Source: Eledone cirrhosa
Taxonomy: Eukaryota
DNA length: 64,000 bases
NCBI GenBank assembly: GCA_964016885.1
Contig: OZ024740.1
Span: 434,558,001 to 434,622,000, forward strand
Direction of reading: 5' to 3'
The translations under genes were made by a program, and so were the position numbers. This document shows positions 60,771-64,000 of the stretch, piece after piece; position 1 is the first letter of the stretch, and every line of letters starts with the position of its first letter. Below the pieces are notes generated by a model. The model was not told where the DNA came from. It was given only the letters and a program-made list of their open reading frames with translations, and made no database searches.

Positions 60771-63700
60771 CACCTCGTGGACGAGAATGCAAGCACTCCT
60801 CCTTGTTTCGGCCCAGGATGGCTAACATAACCCCATCCCCCCCCCGCGCCCCACCGCTCCCACCCTCCAAACGCAATCCAAAACTTCAGAGTTGGTACCA
60901 TGAATGTAGGCACCTTAAAGGGTCGCTCTAACGAGGTTGTAGAAATGCTTGAACGTAAGGAGGTCGATGTTTGTTGTATTCAAGAGACCAGGTGGAGAGG
61001 AGGGTCGGCTAGATTCATCGTGGGTAAAGAGCGATGCTATAAGCTTTTCTGGGTGGGAAATGACAATGGGTTGGGTGGGGTAGGAATCATGGTAGCAGAA
61101 AAGTGGGCAGATAAGATAATAGACGTAAATAGAGTGAACGACAGAATAATTAAAATAAGACTTGTCCTCAATAAAACTACGGTGACAGTAATATCTGCGT
61201 ACGCACCCCAATCCGGACTGCCCCGCGCTATAAAAGACAGATTCTACGAGACACTGATGCTCGCTACCTCCCAAATAACCGACAGTGACTATATAGTTAT
61301 TGCAGGCGACCTAAATGGTCACGTTGGACAACATTGTGACGGCTATGACGGAATCCATGGAGGCTATGGGTTCGGTACTAGAAATGAGGAAGGCTCCAGA
61401 ATCCTGGAATTCTGCGACGCAAATAACTTAACTATCTGTAACACTAACTTCAAAAAACGAGACAATCACTTGATCACCTATAGATCGGGGGAACACACAA
61501 GCCAGGTAGATTATATCCTTACCAGAAGACGTGACAGAGTGTCTGTTGTTAACACTAAATCCCACCCCCATGAAGAATTCACCTCCCAACATAGACTGAT
61601 AATTAGCGACCTCATAGTCAGGACGAGACGTACTAGACAGCGGAAGAGGACTATCCTCAGGAGAAAAATATGGAAGCTAAAGGACCCCATAGCCAGAAAT
61701 AAATTTCAAAGCAAATTACTTGACGCTTTCGACAGTAAGGAAGAGCAATTAGAGTCGTATAATATAGAGGAACAGTGGGAATTCCTGAGAGCAAACCTGC
61801 TGACGGCGGCAGACGAAGTCTGTGGCTGGAGCAGGCCTGTAGGTAGGAGGAGAGTAACATGGTGGTGGAACAGTAAGGTGGAGGAGTCAATTAAGGCCAA
61901 AAAGCAGGCTTGGAAAGTATGGCGGGATGGGGGAAGTAGAGAAGACTATCAAGTGGCCAGGAGGGAAGCTAGGAGACAAGTGTACTTCGCAAGAAGGGAA
62001 GCAGAGGAAAGAAAGTTCAAGCATGTTCTACAACGTGAGGACCAAAAACGTGAGGTGTTCAGGATTGCCAGGCAATGTGTCAAGGAAAACCGTGATATTG
62101 TCGGGGAGAAGTGTGTACTTAACGATGATGGCATACTTGCCATCACCGACGCTGATAAGAAGGTAGCTTGGAAGTGTCACTACGAAAGGCTTCTAAATGA
62201 GGAGAACAAATGGGAGAAAGACAGTCTCCCCCAGATCGATCCAATAGAGGGACCAGCAGTGTTAGTTGAAGGTAGTATAATAAGTAAGGCAATCAAAGAT
62301 ATGAAGACGGGTAAGGCGGCTGGGCCTTCGGAAATAGTTGCTGAGATGCTGAAGGCATCTGGTTCGGTGGGACACACCATGGTCACCCGGATAGTTAACC
62401 AAGTCGTACAGAATGGGGTTGTTCCGAAGGAATGGCGTAGCAGCATCATCGTTAACTGCTATAAGGGAAAAGGAGATGCCCTAGATAGGAGTAACTATAG
62501 AGGCATTAAATTAATCGACCAGGTCATGAAGGTCACGGAAAAAGTAATAGCGCAACTAATCAGAGAGAGAATTGATCTAGATGAAATGCAGTTCGGGTTT
62601 GTGTCAGGCAAAAGTACCACAGACGCTCTTTTCATTGTACGACAACTACAGGAGAAGTACCTAGCTAAAAGTAAACCCCTATACTTAGCTTTTGTCGACT
62701 TGGAGAAAGCCTTCGACAGAGTCCCCCGTTCCATTATCTGGTGGTCTCTTAGAAAACTAGGTGTTGACGAATGGCTTGTGAGAGCTATACAAGCCATGTA
62801 TAAAGAAACAGTCAGTAAGGTTAGAATTAACAACGAATATAGTGAAGAGTTTAGCGTAAAAGTTGGTGTCCATCAGGGCTCTGTACTTAGCCCCCTACTA
62901 TTTATTATTGCTCTTCAGGCTATAACAGAGGAGTTCAAGACCGGCTGCCCATGGGAACTCCTATACGCAGATGATCTAACGCTCATAGCTGAATCAATGA
63001 CCGAACTAGAGAAGAAATTCCAAACGTGGAAGCACGGCCTAGAATCAAAAGGCCTTAAAATTAACCTGGCTAAGACTAAAGTTCTAGTTTGTAGGAAAGA
63101 AAATAAGGCGGCGGTCCCATCGGGGAAATGGCCATGCTCAGTGTGTAGGAAAGGCGTAGGTAGAAACTCCATTTTATGTCCCAAATGCAAAGTATGGGTG
63201 CATAAAAGATGTAGTGGGATCACAGGTAAGCTAACTAAGAACATAGATTTTACATGTGGCCGGTGCTCTGGTGCAATAAGTAGCAGCAAGTGCCCACAAA
63301 ATACTAGCTCCTTCAACTGCGCTGAGGGTTCTATAGAAATAGTGGACAGCTTCCGTTATCTGGGTGACAAAATCAGCAGTGGGGGAGGGTGCTCTGAAAG
63401 TACAGTAGCTAGAGTCAGAACTGGATGGAAAAAGTTCAGAGAGCTTATACCACTATTAGCCGCTAGAGGGTTCTCCCTAAAAATGAAAGGCAGGTTATAC
63501 GATGCCTGCATACGAACAGCAATGCTGCATGGCAGTGAGACCTGGGCATTGTGTGCAGAGGATATACGCAGACTAGAGAGGAACGAAGCTTGCATGCTCC
63601 GCTGGATGTGCAATAGTAATATACGTGAACGGCAAAGCATAAACGAACTAAGGAAAAAATTAGAAATAAGAGGGATCAGATGTTGTTTACTCGAGAGAAG

Positions 63701-64000
63701 GCTACGTTGGTACGGTCACGTGATGCGCATGAAAGACGACAGCTGTATAACAAAGTGCAGGGCAATAAAGATAGACGGTAGCCACGGAGTAGGCAGACCC
63801 AGAAAAACATGGGACGAGCTGATAAATTCCGACCTCACACGCTTACACCTCTCCAAGACAATGTCACTGGACCGAGACCTTTGGCGGTACTCAGTAATAG
63901 AGAAGACCCGCCTTACCTAAATACAAAGTAAAAACCTACTACAGTCAGTAGGCACCTCTATCAAAACACACCCCCGTCCCACCACCTTCACCCCACCCAC
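60771..64000 (+). mobile_element. RTE family B LINE with uninterrupted ORF; runs off the window end
   Basis: Similarity to 42355 onward begins at CACCTCGTGG (60771); the 3'UTR continues to the window end. Confidence 0.95.
60900..63920 (+). CDS. RTE polyprotein: APE endonuclease, reverse transcriptase with inserted PHD-type zinc finger
   Basis: 1006 aa with no stop: NVGTL, QET, GDLNGHVG, QVDY, QH; NYRGIKL, DLEKAFD, HQGSVLSP, YADD, C4HC3 finger, FRYLG, RLRWYGH, GRPRKTW. Confidence 0.95.
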   Translation: MNVGTLKGRSNEVVEMLERKEVDVCCIQETRWRGGSARFIVGKERCYKLFWVGNDNGLGGVGIMVAEKWADKIIDVNRVNDRIIKIRLVLNKTTVTVISAYAPQSGLPRAIKDRFYETLMLATSQITDSDYIVIAGDLNGHVGQHCDGYDGIHGGYGFGTRNEEGSRILEFCDANNLTICNTNFKKRDNHLITYRSGEHTSQVDYILTRRRDRVSVVNTKSHPHEEFTSQHRLIISDLIVRTRRTRQRKRTILRRKIWKLKDPIARNKFQSKLLDAFDSKEEQLESYNIEEQWEFLRANLLTAADEVCGWSRPVGRRRVTWWWNSKVEESIKAKKQAWKVWRDGGSREDYQVARREARRQVYFARREAEERKFKHVLQREDQKREVFRIARQCVKENRDIVGEKCVLNDDGILAITDADKKVAWKCHYERLLNEENKWEKDSLPQIDPIEGPAVLVEGSIISKAIKDMKTGKAAGPSEIVAEMLKASGSVGHTMVTRIVNQVVQNGVVPKEWRSSIIVNCYKGKGDALDRSNYRGIKLIDQVMKVTEKVIAQLIRERIDLDEMQFGFVSGKSTTDALFIVRQLQEKYLAKSKPLYLAFVDLEKAFDRVPRSIIWWSLRKLGVDEWLVRAIQAMYKETVSKVRINNEYSEEFSVKVGVHQGSVLSPLLFIIALQAITEEFKTGCPWELLYADDLTLIAESMTELEKKFQTWKHGLESKGLKINLAKTKVLVCRKENKAAVPSGKWPCSVCRKGVGRNSILCPKCKVWVHKRCSGITGKLTKNIDFTCGRCSGAISSSKCPQNTSSFNCAEGSIEIVDSFRYLGDKISSGGGCSESTVARVRTGWKKFRELIPLLAARGFSLKMKGRLYDACIRTAMLHGSETWALCAEDIRRLERNEACMLRWMCNSNIRERQSINELRKKLEIRGIRCCLLERRLRWYGHVMRMKDDSCITKCRAIKIDGSHGVGRPRKTWDELINSDLTRLHLSKTMSLDRDLWRYSVIEKTRLT

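Overview
Eukaryotic, repeat-dense animal DNA. The SINE/RTE repertoire and TA/CA microsatellite load suggest an octopus or other coleoid cephalopod, which is inference only. The one host gene is a + strand choline transporter-like gene (SLC44A2/4/5 type). Seven internal exons join in phase across GT-AG introns (9471-9549, 46457-46544, 47461-47595, 50335-50398, 54715-54850, 56537-56620, 59676-59788); both gene ends lie outside the window. The rest is intronic: a >9.4-kb 20-bp satellite with higher-order structure, several minisatellites, Tx1/L1-clade LINEs, RTE LINEs (one with an intact ORF and a PHD finger inside the RT), a Penelope-like fragment, SINEs, MITEs and fold-back hairpins. The most notable signals are (i) a Tx1 family that appears to target TATCTATCTC and stacks head-to-tail, (ii) five type-I hammerhead ribozyme folds in one 37-kb intron, two of them sense to the pre-mRNA, (iii) the PHD-bearing RTE, and (iv) long inverted repeats that would form dsRNA in the host pre-mRNA. 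Most long ORFs in the supplied track are repeat artefacts. Element boundaries were read by eye and are approximate unless stated otherwise.
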